From IMG/VR virus record IMGVR_UViG_3300025536_000010, positions 1-64,000 of that record: DNA of 64,000 nt. One strand, 5' to 3'. A program made the translations under genes and the position numbers. Under the pieces are notes generated by a model. The model was not told the DNA's origin, searched no databases, and saw only the letters and a program-made list of their open reading frames with translations. Below are positions 27,666-37,124 of this stretch, one piece after another; the stretch's first letter is position 1, and each line of letters opens with the position of its first letter.

Positions 27666-28473
27666 GATCCTGTTCGTGACGTCCTACACCAAGGAACTGT
27701 ACGCGGCCTCGGGTCGCCGGCTCCTGGAGTCGTTCCGCGTGGTCAAGCAGCCCGGCGCCATGCTGGCTTGCACCGAGGGCTTTAAGCGCCCTGAGAAAGC
27801 GTTCGAGGGCAAGCCCTACATCTACCACAACCTGGACGACGATCCCTTTTTGGGTCGCTGGCTGATGGAAAACAAGGACGTCATCCCCGATCACCTGGGC
27901 GGCGACACGAAAATGTGCGACTGCCCGGGGGCCAACGAGCGGCACGGCCGCGAGCACAAGACGGGCTGCCACTGGCACTGGATGAACCGTAACGCCAGCC
28001 GCTGGTTTCGCAAAGTGGCCTCGCTGCGCCAGGGTGTGAGGGTGGCCGACGCCCTGGGCACGCCTTGGATGGTCTGGCTGGACGCCGACGACCACTTCAT
28101 CCGGCCGCTGCCTCTGGACTATCTCAAGGAGAAGCTCAGGGACGTGGCCCTGTTCCACTTCCGCGGCCACCGCGAGGCCACCGAGTCTGGCATCCTGGGC
28201 ATCCAGCTGGCTCAGGGCGGTCGGGAGTTCGTCGCGGCTCTGTGCGAGCGCTACACCAGCAAGGACTACCGCAAATACGAGCGCTGGGACGACGGCTACC
28301 AGATCAGCCGCCTGGTGCTGGAAGGCAAGGTCAAGGCCCGCGACCTAGTCCACCCCACGAAGTACAAGAGCGGCGACCTCCGCACGGAGGACGTCATCCC
28401 GACCACGGACATCAAGAAGTTCCTGGTTCACGACAAAGGTCGCCACGGTCAGTACCTGGGTCTGATGAAGTAA
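27655..28473 (+). CDS. Nucleotide-diphospho-sugar transferase (GT-A)
   Basis: FVTSY, RWFRKVASL, VWLDAD (DxD), ESGILG, HDKG. Confidence 0.7.
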   Translation: MSSEILFVTSYTKELYAASGRRLLESFRVVKQPGAMLACTEGFKRPEKAFEGKPYIYHNLDDDPFLGRWLMENKDVIPDHLGGDTKMCDCPGANERHGREHKTGCHWHWMNRNASRWFRKVASLRQGVRVADALGTPWMVWLDADDHFIRPLPLDYLKEKLRDVALFHFRGHREATESGILGIQLAQGGREFVAALCERYTSKDYRKYERWDDGYQISRLVLEGKVKARDLVHPTKYKSGDLRTEDVIPTTDIKKFLVHDKGRHGQYLGLMK

Positions 28474-28486
28474 CAAGGAGGTTTCA

Positions 28487-29707
28487 ATGCAGCAGCTGCA
28501 AACGCTCAAGGACGGCGACCGTAAGGCCCTCGTCCCGCTCAACGACAAACACTTTGGCGGCAAGGACAAGAAGGGTCGACCGCTCTGGAAGGACTATCAG
28601 TACGACCGGCTGGTGGCCGCTTACCACCACATCACCGACTACTCGGTGGCCGTAGACGTGGGCGCCCACGTCGGCCTGATCTCGCAGCGCCTGGCCGAGC
28701 GCTTCGGCACCGTCTACGCTTTTGAGCCCGACCCGCAGAACTTCTTGTGTCTGTGGCACAACACCCGGTTTCTAACGCCGGTGCTGCGCGTGCCGATGGC
28801 CCTGGGCGACAAGACGGCAACCGGCGGCATCGACCGCGGCAAGGGCGAGAACAGCGGCGACGTGTGTATCGACCCCAAAGGCACCGGCGTCGACATCATG
28901 GCCCTGGACGATTACGACCTGCCAGACCTGGGCCTGCTCAAGATCGACGTGCAGGGCTACGAACACCTGGTCCTGGAAGGTGCCCGTAAGCTCATCCAGG
29001 CGTTCGCCCCGGTGGTCATCGTGGAGTGCGAGGAGCCTGGCAAGCTGCGCCGGGACTACTCCAAAGGCAAAGACCTGGTCGGGGCTTTCTTCGCCCAGGA
29101 GCACTGGGATTACCGCCTGGTTGCCAAGGTCGGCCACGACCGCATCTACGCCCCCGGCCCTAACGGTGCGCGGCCCTACACCAAGTACGCCATCCGGGGC
29201 GACTACCACTGGCAGCAGAACATCCCTGGCAAGGTGATGGGGAAGTGCATCAAAGAAGTCACCGACTACATCAACGCCCAAAAGCACGAGGCCGTGCTGG
29301 ACGTCGGCTGCGGTGACGGGCACTGCACCAGCATGCTCAAAAACGCTTTCGGCACCGACGACAACGGCACGGCCCTGGCCCTGGCCCGTCGTCATGGTAT
29401 CCCTTGTGCGCAGCTGTCGGCGTACCGCTTGCAGTATCTGGGTCGCCAGTTCGGCGGCGTCTGCATGCTCGACGTCCTCGAACACCTGCCGCGGCAGGAG
29501 CAAGCCCTGCGGATCGCCGCCCAGGTCGGCGACAACCTCTACATTCTGAACCCGGACCCGGTCGGCACGCACTGGCACGCCAGCGAGTTTACCGACGAGG
29601 CCCTGCTCAAGTTCGTCACCGCCAACGGCTGGCAGGTGAAGTACCACAAGCGCTACGAGATGTCCGACGACAACAAAAAGACCTTCGTTCATCTGGTCAA
29701 GCCATGA
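28487..29707 (+). CDS. Tandem methyltransferase: FkbM-family plus class I SAM domain
   Basis: VDVGAHVG..AFEPDP..LKIDVQGYE (FkbM); second domain LDVGCGDG..DVLEHL. Confidence 0.85.
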   Translation: MQQLQTLKDGDRKALVPLNDKHFGGKDKKGRPLWKDYQYDRLVAAYHHITDYSVAVDVGAHVGLISQRLAERFGTVYAFEPDPQNFLCLWHNTRFLTPVLRVPMALGDKTATGGIDRGKGENSGDVCIDPKGTGVDIMALDDYDLPDLGLLKIDVQGYEHLVLEGARKLIQAFAPVVIVECEEPGKLRRDYSKGKDLVGAFFAQEHWDYRLVAKVGHDRIYAPGPNGARPYTKYAIRGDYHWQQNIPGKVMGKCIKEVTDYINAQKHEAVLDVGCGDGHCTSMLKNAFGTDDNGTALALARRHGIPCAQLSAYRLQYLGRQFGGVCMLDVLEHLPRQEQALRIAAQVGDNLYILNPDPVGTHWHASEFTDEALLKFVTANGWQVKYHKRYEMSDDNKKTFVHLVKP

Positions 29708-30615
29708 AACTGCGTGTTGCTTTCTACGCCCTCACGGGGCACAGGTTCGACAAGGGCATCTCCGGGGCGTTTGCCTCGGGGGTGCTGGCTTGCGGGGACG
29801 ACTACATCCAGCCTCGGCTGGAGGAGTACACAGGCACGCCCGACCCGAACGTGGACGTCGCGGTGTTCCTGGGCGTCAAGAACAACACCAGGGACGTGTT
29901 TCGCAGTTACCTGGCGGCGGGTAAGGCGGCAGTGATCTGGGACAAGGGTTACACCCGCATCCGTGGCGGGCCGCTCAAGACGCTCTACTGGCGGGTGTCG
30001 GTCAACGCCTTCCAGCCGCACCACTACCTGTTCAACACGCCGCACGACTCGGAGCGCTGGGAGCGCCTGGGCTTGAAAATCAAGCCGATGAAGCCCGAGC
30101 GGAAGACGGGCCAGGGGCGCATCCTCTACTGCGGCGGCTCGCAGAAGTATTGCGACTGGCACGATCTGGGAGACGCCACCAAGTACGCCGAGTGGGTGCT
30201 GCGTAAGGCTCGCAAGTACACAACGCGGCCTTTGGCCTACCGCCCCAAGCCAGGCTGGGAGGAGGCCACGCCGATCCCCGGTGTCACCTACGCCACTGGC
30301 TTGTTCGGCACTTTCGGCAAGGAGCTACCTGGCACCTACCAGGTGGTCGTCTTCGGCTCGAACGCCGCGTTCGAGGCGCTCATCAACGGCGTACCCGCTA
30401 CGGTGCTTGGTGACGGTATCGCCCGCTCGTTGGCCAACACCAGTCTGCGCGACCTGGAACGGCCGCGGCTGCCAAGCCAAGACGAGGTTTACAAGCTGGC
30501 CAGCGCGGCGGCATACTGTCAGTGGACGATGGAGGAGATGGCCTCGGGGGTTGCCTGGGAGCACGTCAGGACGACGGTGCTACAGCACAAGGAGGGAGCG
30601 TATGGGCCAGGTTAA
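29704..30615 (+). CDS. GT-B capsule-synthesis-like glycosyltransferase, paralog 2
   Basis: LAYRPKP, VVVFGSNAAFEALINGVP, AAYCQWTMEEMASG; similar to the 26631 protein. Confidence 0.65.
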   Translation: MKLRVAFYALTGHRFDKGISGAFASGVLACGDDYIQPRLEEYTGTPDPNVDVAVFLGVKNNTRDVFRSYLAAGKAAVIWDKGYTRIRGGPLKTLYWRVSVNAFQPHHYLFNTPHDSERWERLGLKIKPMKPERKTGQGRILYCGGSQKYCDWHDLGDATKYAEWVLRKARKYTTRPLAYRPKPGWEEATPIPGVTYATGLFGTFGKELPGTYQVVVFGSNAAFEALINGVPATVLGDGIARSLANTSLRDLERPRLPSQDEVYKLASAAAYCQWTMEEMASGVAWEHVRTTVLQHKEGAYGPG

Positions 30616-31156
30616 ACGGTTTTTGTTCGTGGCCGCTGGTCCGACGGCGCAGGAGGCCAAACGCTTCCTGCGCTATGGCCCGCTGGTCACCATGAACTGG
30701 GCGCTGGAGTTGTTCGACAAGGTCGACATCGCCTGTTTCGGCTCGCCGAATAAGGCACGCACGACCCGCGAGCACTGGCACCGAGCCAAGCTGCTCGTAC
30801 CGCTGTTCCCCCAAGGCAAAGCCGACAAACTCGGCATGCCGGCCGAGAAAACAACCTGCTTCCATATTCCCGAGCCGCCGCGGGAACCGGAGAAGAACTT
30901 CCGTTTTCTCCGCGAGTACATTCGGGCCGGTAACGTCCTGGGCCGCGCGACCAAGGTGCTGCACTTCATGAGGAAGGCTGGCTACGGCGAGGTCTGGTTG
31001 TTCGGCCACGACGGCGGCACGTTCTACCACCCGGCGTTAGGCCAGGAGCGCCTGACGCGCCGGCACGACAAAGACCGTTTTGTCGTCGAAGAGACGCTCA
31101 AGCATCTGGGGTTCGCTTACAAGTTCTGGCCCTCGATACCTGACGGCTGGCTCTAG
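30602..31156 (+). CDS. MptE-like / GT42-like transferase, paralog 2
   Basis: LFVAAGPT, VTMNWA, GYGEVWLFGHDG. Confidence 0.55.
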   Translation: MGQVKRFLFVAAGPTAQEAKRFLRYGPLVTMNWALELFDKVDIACFGSPNKARTTREHWHRAKLLVPLFPQGKADKLGMPAEKTTCFHIPEPPREPEKNFRFLREYIRAGNVLGRATKVLHFMRKAGYGEVWLFGHDGGTFYHPALGQERLTRRHDKDRFVVEETLKHLGFAYKFWPSIPDGWL

Positions 31157-31168
31157 CACGGAGGACAA

Positions 31169-31864
31169 ATGAGCAACCGCATCTTTATCGGGTGGGACAG
31201 CCGGTTCCCCGAGCCGGCTTTGGTGCTGGAGTACAGCCTGCGGCGGCGCTCCAGCATACCGCTCGACATCCGCTTCTTGGATGCCCGGCACTTGGCGGAC
31301 TGCCACGGCTTCCGCCTGCCGGCGGACAAGTTAGCCAGCACCGAGTTCACCTACAGCCGCTTCCTGGTGCCCTGGCTGTGCGGTTATGAGGGCAAGGCCC
31401 TGTTCCTGGACAACGACATGGTCTGCCTGGGCGACGTCGCCGAGTTGTTCGCCCTGCCCATGACCGTGCCGGATGGTGTCAGTTCGCGGCTGCTGGCCCT
31501 CCGCGTGGTCAAGCACGACCACCAGCCGGTCGACGGTTCGGTGAAGATGTACGGGGCCGTGCAGACGGCCTACCCGCGCAAAAACTGGTCCAGTCTGATG
31601 CTCATGGACTGCGACCAGCTGCGCTGCTGGACCAAGGAGGTTGTCGAGGCTGGCAACGGCGCCCGGCTGCACCGCTTTGCCGACCTGGCTGACTCCCAGA
31701 TCGGCGACGTCCACCCGTCCTGGAACTCCCTGGACACGCTGGACGCCGGCACCAAACTCATCCACTGGACCAGCGGCGGCCCCTGGTACGAGCAGTATCG
31801 GGACTGCCCGCACGCTGACCTCTGGTTCAAGACCCGCGAGCTTATGCAACGAGAGCGTCGATGA
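31169..31864 (+). CDS. Glycosyltransferase, GT-A (GT8-like, phage type)
   Basis: RIFIGWDSR, STEFTYSRFLVP, ALFLDNDM, YPRKNWSSLML, LIHWTSGGPW. Confidence 0.85.
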   Translation: MSNRIFIGWDSRFPEPALVLEYSLRRRSSIPLDIRFLDARHLADCHGFRLPADKLASTEFTYSRFLVPWLCGYEGKALFLDNDMVCLGDVAELFALPMTVPDGVSSRLLALRVVKHDHQPVDGSVKMYGAVQTAYPRKNWSSLMLMDCDQLRCWTKEVVEAGNGARLHRFADLADSQIGDVHPSWNSLDTLDAGTKLIHWTSGGPWYEQYRDCPHADLWFKTRELMQRERR

Positions 31865-32502
31865 AGCGCTTCATCAACCTGTTCCACGCCCTGGACAAGC
31901 TCGGCGGTCAGGGCGGCACGCACCTGGGCCTCCTGGAAGTCGGCACTGGCGAGGGCGTCCGGGCAGCCCAGCTGCTGAACTACTGGCTGGCTGCTGGTCA
32001 GCGTTCGGCCAGCTACCGTGGTTTCGATCTCTGGGAACAGCTGACGCCGGACGTAGCCAGGGAAGACGGTGTCAAGATGCCGGAGCGGTTGCCGCAGCGC
32101 CAGGAAGTCCTGCGGCGACTGTCGCGCACTGGAGCAGGCGTGACCCTCTACCAAGGCAACACCCGCGAAACCCTGCCGGCTTTCGCGGCCGAGTGCCAGA
32201 AGTCTGGCATGCTGTTCAACCTGATCTTCATCGACGGCGGCGCCAGCTTTGACACTATCACCTCGGACTGGAAAGCAGTCAGCAAACTGGTGCGCCCCGA
32301 CACCATCGTTCTCTTCGACGGCTACTACGACAACCGGGACGACCTTGGCTGCTGGTCGGTGATCCAGTACCTTGCCCTGGGTAAGGCGTTCCGCGTATTC
32401 AAGCTGGACCCGGTCGACTACATCCACGACTCGGGTTTGGAGGTCCGCATGGTCTGGGTGGAGAGGGCGGCCCATGCGCTTCTGGAAACCAAAAACCGTT
32501 GA
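31861..32502 (+). CDS. Class I SAM-dependent methyltransferase
   Basis: LEVGTGEG, GFDLWE, LIFIDGG, VLFDGY. Confidence 0.8.
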   Translation: MKRFINLFHALDKLGGQGGTHLGLLEVGTGEGVRAAQLLNYWLAAGQRSASYRGFDLWEQLTPDVAREDGVKMPERLPQRQEVLRRLSRTGAGVTLYQGNTRETLPAFAAECQKSGMLFNLIFIDGGASFDTITSDWKAVSKLVRPDTIVLFDGYYDNRDDLGCWSVIQYLALGKAFRVFKLDPVDYIHDSGLEVRMVWVERAAHALLETKNR

Positions 32503-33103
32503 AGGTGCCCCGCGCGTCGGTATCGGCGTGGCTTCGTTCCTGAACGGGGACACCCGCCGCCAGGCGGCTTTGCGCTCGCTGGTGGCGTCCTTCCAGGCCC
32601 AGACCTGGGACAACTGGAAGATGCTCATTTACCACGATGGACCGCTCGACCGGAACATCCGCCTGGAGTGGGACCAGCAGGTCAAAGACAACCGCGTCGA
32701 CCTGATCGAGACGGCCGAGCGCAAACAGAAGTTTGGCCACCCCCACCGGCAGAAAGCCGTCGATACCCTCTGCGCGACCTGCCAGTGGGTCATGCTCACC
32801 AACGACGACAACTGGTACGCCCCGGTCTTCCTGGAGTGGTTACTGGCCGCCGGCACCAAGAAGGGCGCCAAGTTCGTCTACTGCGACATGGTTCACTCGC
32901 ACAAGCTGTGGAAATACCTGCCGACGCAGCCGCGCTACCGGCATCTGGACCTGGGTGGTTTCCTGGTCCATTCCTCTCTTGCGAAAAAGCACCCCTTCGA
33001 CAAAACTGCTTTCAACGCGGACGGCGACTGGATCAACCGTTTAGCGGTTGCTGCCGGCAGCCGTATCGAGAAGGTGCCACATGTGCTTTTCGTTCACAAC
33101 TAG
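32474..33103 (+). CDS. Glycosyltransferase family 2
   Basis: QAQTWDNWKMLIYHDG, LTNDDNWY (DxD-like), FVYCD, DGDW. Confidence 0.8.
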   Translation: MRFWKPKTVEGAPRVGIGVASFLNGDTRRQAALRSLVASFQAQTWDNWKMLIYHDGPLDRNIRLEWDQQVKDNRVDLIETAERKQKFGHPHRQKAVDTLCATCQWVMLTNDDNWYAPVFLEWLLAAGTKKGAKFVYCDMVHSHKLWKYLPTQPRYRHLDLGGFLVHSSLAKKHPFDKTAFNADGDWINRLAVAAGSRIEKVPHVLFVHN

Positions 33104-33111
33104 GAGCTACC

Positions 33112-33834
33112 ATGCGTGAAGTGACCCTGCACCGCTGCGGCGCTGGCATTGACGAACTGTTGAGCGTCGGGGCCAGTGAAGAGAACACCAATCACTACGT
33201 CATCGGCGTCAACCTCCGACCTTTGGGCACCATTCAGGAGATGCCGCAGACCTGGCTCTTGCGGTTCCAACAAGGCCCGCTGGGCGACGATAAGACCAAC
33301 GTCAACGGCCTCACCCTGGAGGCGGTCATCGCGGTCTGCATCGACCGGCTCACTCGTTTGAACGGCGAAGTACCTTGCCCGGAGAACATCGTTGCCCTGT
33401 GTCGTCTGGAAGACGCCATGCGGGCACTGCACGCACGCACCCGCGCCCGTAACAACCAAGGAGTTGAAGGCACCATGAGCAAGCACGCGAGCGGAGCCCC
33501 CAGTGAAGTCGGCGCGAAGGCGACACCGGGCGACACCGGCCCCCAGGGCCACCAAGGGGAACAGGGCGAGCCTGGCCTGCGGGTCAGCGTTCGGCGCAGT
33601 ACCACGGCAACCCAGCTGGTCCTGCGGCATAAGGACAGCGAGCGCGTCCTGGGCGTCGACTACGTCAAAGACAACTGGAAAGCCTGGGGCGAGATCGAGA
33701 GCGTCGTGCGGCACTATCACCCACGGCTCACCAGCGACGAGTGGGCGGTGCTGGAGGGTCTGGCGACAAAGGTGCCGTCGAAGAACGGCCTGGCCGAACT
33801 CAAGTCGGCCCTGTTGCAGGCCGGCAAGCTCTAA
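33112..33834 (+). CDS. tad1: Tad1-like anti-defence signal sponge with collagen-like linker and C-terminal extension
   Basis: FQQGP...VNGLTLEAVIAVCIDRL...CPENIVALCRLEDAMRALHARTRARNNQGVEGT matches the Tad1 family pattern; followed by G-X-Y run GDTGPQGHQGEQGEPG. Confidence 0.75.
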   Translation: MREVTLHRCGAGIDELLSVGASEENTNHYVIGVNLRPLGTIQEMPQTWLLRFQQGPLGDDKTNVNGLTLEAVIAVCIDRLTRLNGEVPCPENIVALCRLEDAMRALHARTRARNNQGVEGTMSKHASGAPSEVGAKATPGDTGPQGHQGEQGEPGLRVSVRRSTTATQLVLRHKDSERVLGVDYVKDNWKAWGEIESVVRHYHPRLTSDEWAVLEGLATKVPSKNGLAELKSALLQAGKL

Positions 33835-33835
33835 C

Positions 33836-33853
33836 CCAAAAACCAGTTTTTGC
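33836..33853 (+). repeat. Dispersed motif copy
   Basis: CCAAAAACCAGTTTTTGC, intergenic. Confidence 0.55.
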
Positions 33854-33868
33854 AGCCCGGAGGCAGTC

Positions 33869-34807
33869 ATGTGGGAAACCGTCAAGAAGAAGTGGTGGAT
33901 CGCCCTCGCGGCCGTCTTCGTGATCCCGTACTTCGCGTACCAGAACATGAACGAGCGGCTGGGCGAGCAGACCGTGATCCTGGACGACAAAATCCCGGAT
34001 CTCCAGCTGACGGTGAACGTCAACGGCGCCTGGGTGATCTACCAGGACGGCAAGAAGCTGCCGGCTGAGGGCCTCGGCCTGGTGACCGTGACGCTCGAAG
34101 ACCACAAGACGAATCCCGACAAGCTCAAGCGCCAGGGCCTGGATCTCAAGGAGGCAGACTTCCCGGTCGTGGTCTTCTTCAACCAGTCTGGTTTCGATGC
34201 CACGGGCGACCCCGTGCTTGTGCGGCGCGCCAGGGACGGCGAACTCTTGTTTTCCGTCAAGACGACGGTGCCACGCCTGACGCTCCTCCAGGCCGTGCGT
34301 TCAGGCGGGTTCCGGGCATGGACGCCCGGCGACAAGGGTAAAGCCAGAACGATCACCGACGACGAGTTCTACAAGGATTACATGGGAGTCGAGCCGCCGC
34401 AGCAGCTGCCGCCGGCTGACCAACTCGACAAGATGTCGGACGAGGAACTCAAGAAGCTGGGCGTCACCCGCCGACCTAACGCCGAGCAGTCTAAGACCGG
34501 CATCCGCGGTAGCGTCTTCAAGGTCGGCGGTAACCCGGCGGTCGCGCCGCTCAAGGTGCCCGTCCATGCCTACAAGGGGAAGATTAAACCCTTCGAGAAG
34601 TTCGACGACAAGGACGACCGCCGCGCTCTTTCGGGCATGAGCGAGCCAGACGGCTACTTCTCTTTGGCGCTGCCGCCAGGCGTCTATACCATCGTTGTCG
34701 AGGTCGACGGTAAATGTCGTGGCAACGCCCTCAGCAGTACGGACTGGCCCACCGTCGAGGTCAAAGATCAATGGCTCGATTACGAGTTTCGCGTGCCGGC
34801 GAGGTGA
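33869..34807 (+). CDS. Membrane-anchored protein with C-terminal carboxypeptidase-regulatory-like domain
   Basis: N-terminal TM; DGYFSLALPPGVYTIVVE. Confidence 0.65.
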   Translation: MWETVKKKWWIALAAVFVIPYFAYQNMNERLGEQTVILDDKIPDLQLTVNVNGAWVIYQDGKKLPAEGLGLVTVTLEDHKTNPDKLKRQGLDLKEADFPVVVFFNQSGFDATGDPVLVRRARDGELLFSVKTTVPRLTLLQAVRSGGFRAWTPGDKGKARTITDDEFYKDYMGVEPPQQLPPADQLDKMSDEELKKLGVTRRPNAEQSKTGIRGSVFKVGGNPAVAPLKVPVHAYKGKIKPFEKFDDKDDRRALSGMSEPDGYFSLALPPGVYTIVVEVDGKCRGNALSSTDWPTVEVKDQWLDYEFRVPAR

Positions 34808-35064
34808 TGATGCGTCGTAGCGCTGCTTCGGGTTTGATGTTGGAAGCGAACTGTTTCCCCTATAAAGGGCGCCTGCTGCTGCCTGTCGTTCACCCGGAAT
34901 CGGCCGAGACGTTGCGTGCGCGGTTCGAGCGCATGATCGAAGATCTGCCCGACGCAATCAAAGCAGAAGCCAGGGTCGAACTAGAGCGGCGGTTGCCGTG
35001 CTACCTTGCCGAGGGTGAGGCTGCCCTGGATAGGCAGATCGCGGACGTTTACTGGGACGAATAG
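34807..35064 (+). CDS. Hypothetical protein
   Basis: TGATG coupling. Confidence 0.5.
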   Translation: MMRRSAASGLMLEANCFPYKGRLLLPVVHPESAETLRARFERMIEDLPDAIKAEARVELERRLPCYLAEGEAALDRQIADVYWDE

Positions 35065-35074
35065 GGGACACGAG

Positions 35075-35416
35075 ATGGACAAATGGCTCGACGCTTACGG
35101 CACCTGGCCGGCGAACTATCAGATGACCTTCTCGATCATCTTCATGATTCTCGGGCTGATCTGGTTCTTCCTGCTGGGGCTTTGGCTCCTCCAGATGTCG
35201 GGCCACGCCAGCGTCTGGTTCCGCGGTTGGCCGACGCAGCGGGTAGAGAGCGCTGCTAAGCCGCCGCTCAACTGCCCGATCCCTGGCATACTCGACTGGC
35301 GTGCCGAGCGGATGAAGGTTCAGGAAGAGATGGAGTACCAGGCCAAGCTCCAGCGTGAAACAGAAACCGGCCAGCTGGCGATGACGCCAGAAAAACCACC
35401 TGAAAAAGTTGCCTAA
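35075..35416 (+). CDS. Membrane protein
   Basis: TM segment FSIIFMILGLIWFFLLGLWLL. Confidence 0.6.
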   Translation: MDKWLDAYGTWPANYQMTFSIIFMILGLIWFFLLGLWLLQMSGHASVWFRGWPTQRVESAAKPPLNCPIPGILDWRAERMKVQEEMEYQAKLQRETETGQLAMTPEKPPEKVA

Positions 35417-35535
35417 ACGCGGCACAATAAGTGACGTCTACGGACATACCTATGAGGGGCCTGGTGCTCGCACCAAGGCTCCTCGTGGCGTATAATAGGC
35501 ACTATGTAACCGTCGCACCCCAAAGGAGCCGCACC

Positions 35536-36576
35536 ATGCCAAAGATTCGCTACCGGACCTTCAAGTTCAAGCCGGAGACGCTGGAACGCATCGACAAGGT
35601 CAACCAGATCGTCCAGCAGTACGCTGCCCAGGGCATCTATCTAACCCTGCGTGGTATCTACTACCAGTTCGTCAGCCGTGACTGGTTCCCCGAGTCCTGG
35701 AAAGACCCCAAGACTGGCAGCACTAACAACGAAAAGTCGTACGACAAGCTGGGCAACATCATTGCCGATGGACGCCTGGCGGGCCTGATCGACTGGGACG
35801 GCGTCGTCGACCGCACCAGGCAGGTCCGGGAGTTGAACAGCTGGCGTAACCCGCAGACCATCGTCAAGGCTTGCTCCGAGCAGTTTCGCCTGGACAAGTG
35901 GGCCAACCAGGACCACTACATCGAAGTCTGGGTCGAGAAGGATGCTGCTTTGGGCAGCATCGAGACGGTCTGTAACGAGAACTTCGTGCCCTACATGTCG
36001 TGCCGCGGGTATGCGTCGGCTTCCGAGATTTGGACGGCCGGGCATAACCGTTTCAAGCCGCGCGTCCACAAGAAGAAGTGCCACGTTCTCTACCTGGGCG
36101 ACCACGACCCCTCCGGGTTGGACATGCCACGCGACCTCCAGGAGCGCCTGGACATGTTCACCCGCGCCCCGGGCGGCGTCAGCCTGGAACGCCTGGCCCT
36201 TAACATGGACCAGGTCGACCAGTACAACCCGCCGCCCAATCCCACGAAGATGACGGACAGCCGCGCGGCCAAGTACGTCGAGGAGTACGGGGAGACGTGC
36301 TGGGAACTGGACGCGCTGGACCCGGTTGTCATCCGCGATTTGATTCAGAATGCCATCGACCAGTATAAGGACGTGGACCGCTGGCAGGAGGCGCTAGACG
36401 AAGAGAAGGAGGCCCGAGGCCACCTTGCAAGCATTGCCAGGAACTGGGAAGATGTCGTCGACAACTTGCCCGTCGAGACACCGGACGACGATGACGTCGA
36501 GGAGCCCCAAGAAGAGGCGGAAACGGATGCCGCCGAGAAACCCAAGGACGACGAGGAAGAAGACTATTTTGCTTAG
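35536..36576 (+). CDS. Topoisomerase VI subunit A / Spo11-like winged-helix plus TOPRIM protein
   Basis: TLRGIYYQ (candidate catalytic Tyr), VWVEKD, LYLGDHDPSG, ELDAL; acidic tail; TATAAT at 35491; RBS AAAGGAG. Confidence 0.8.
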   Translation: MPKIRYRTFKFKPETLERIDKVNQIVQQYAAQGIYLTLRGIYYQFVSRDWFPESWKDPKTGSTNNEKSYDKLGNIIADGRLAGLIDWDGVVDRTRQVRELNSWRNPQTIVKACSEQFRLDKWANQDHYIEVWVEKDAALGSIETVCNENFVPYMSCRGYASASEIWTAGHNRFKPRVHKKKCHVLYLGDHDPSGLDMPRDLQERLDMFTRAPGGVSLERLALNMDQVDQYNPPPNPTKMTDSRAAKYVEEYGETCWELDALDPVVIRDLIQNAIDQYKDVDRWQEALDEEKEARGHLASIARNWEDVVDNLPVETPDDDDVEEPQEEAETDAAEKPKDDEEEDYFA

Positions 36577-36584
36577 GAGTATCC

Positions 36585-37124
36585 ATGCACCCAATGAGCG
36601 AAGACCGCGAGCCCGATCTGTTCGACAGCGCCGTGAGCCGTATCGTCAGGGCCGCTCAGAAGTTCAAAGAAGTGGCTGGCGACGACGTCGACAAATTCAT
36701 GGCCGAGGAGAATAACACCTTCATCCGTATTCCCCTCAGCGGTTTCTGCCTCCAGCTGGCGCACCAAGTTTGGCTGGAGGCCCTCGCACAGCAGCGCTAC
36801 GCCGAAGAGTTGCGGCGGCAGCCGGCAGGGCCGGCGATGGGCTATGTCCCGTTCGGCATGCTGGGCGCCAGCATGCTGCATCCCGGCATGATGGCAGCGC
36901 AGCAGCAATACGTCCCGCCGGACGGCGGCGGCCCGCCCGGTTACATGCCGCACCCCAAAGCACAACCGAGTAGCGAGCCGCCGCTGAGCCGGCGCCGCCG
37001 GGCACCACAGAACGAGAATTCTTCGGTCGACCAGCTGGTCAACCTGGCCGCCCAGCACATGACGCCCGAACAACGCTTGGAGGTCATCCGCGGCCTTCAA
37101 GCAGTCGATGCGGAGAAGCAGTAA
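36585..37124 (+). CDS. Hypothetical protein
   Basis: RBS AGGAG. Confidence 0.65.
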   Translation: MHPMSEDREPDLFDSAVSRIVRAAQKFKEVAGDDVDKFMAEENNTFIRIPLSGFCLQLAHQVWLEALAQQRYAEELRRQPAGPAMGYVPFGMLGASMLHPGMMAAQQQYVPPDGGGPPGYMPHPKAQPSSEPPLSRRRRAPQNENSSVDQLVNLAAQHMTPEQRLEVIRGLQAVDAEKQ

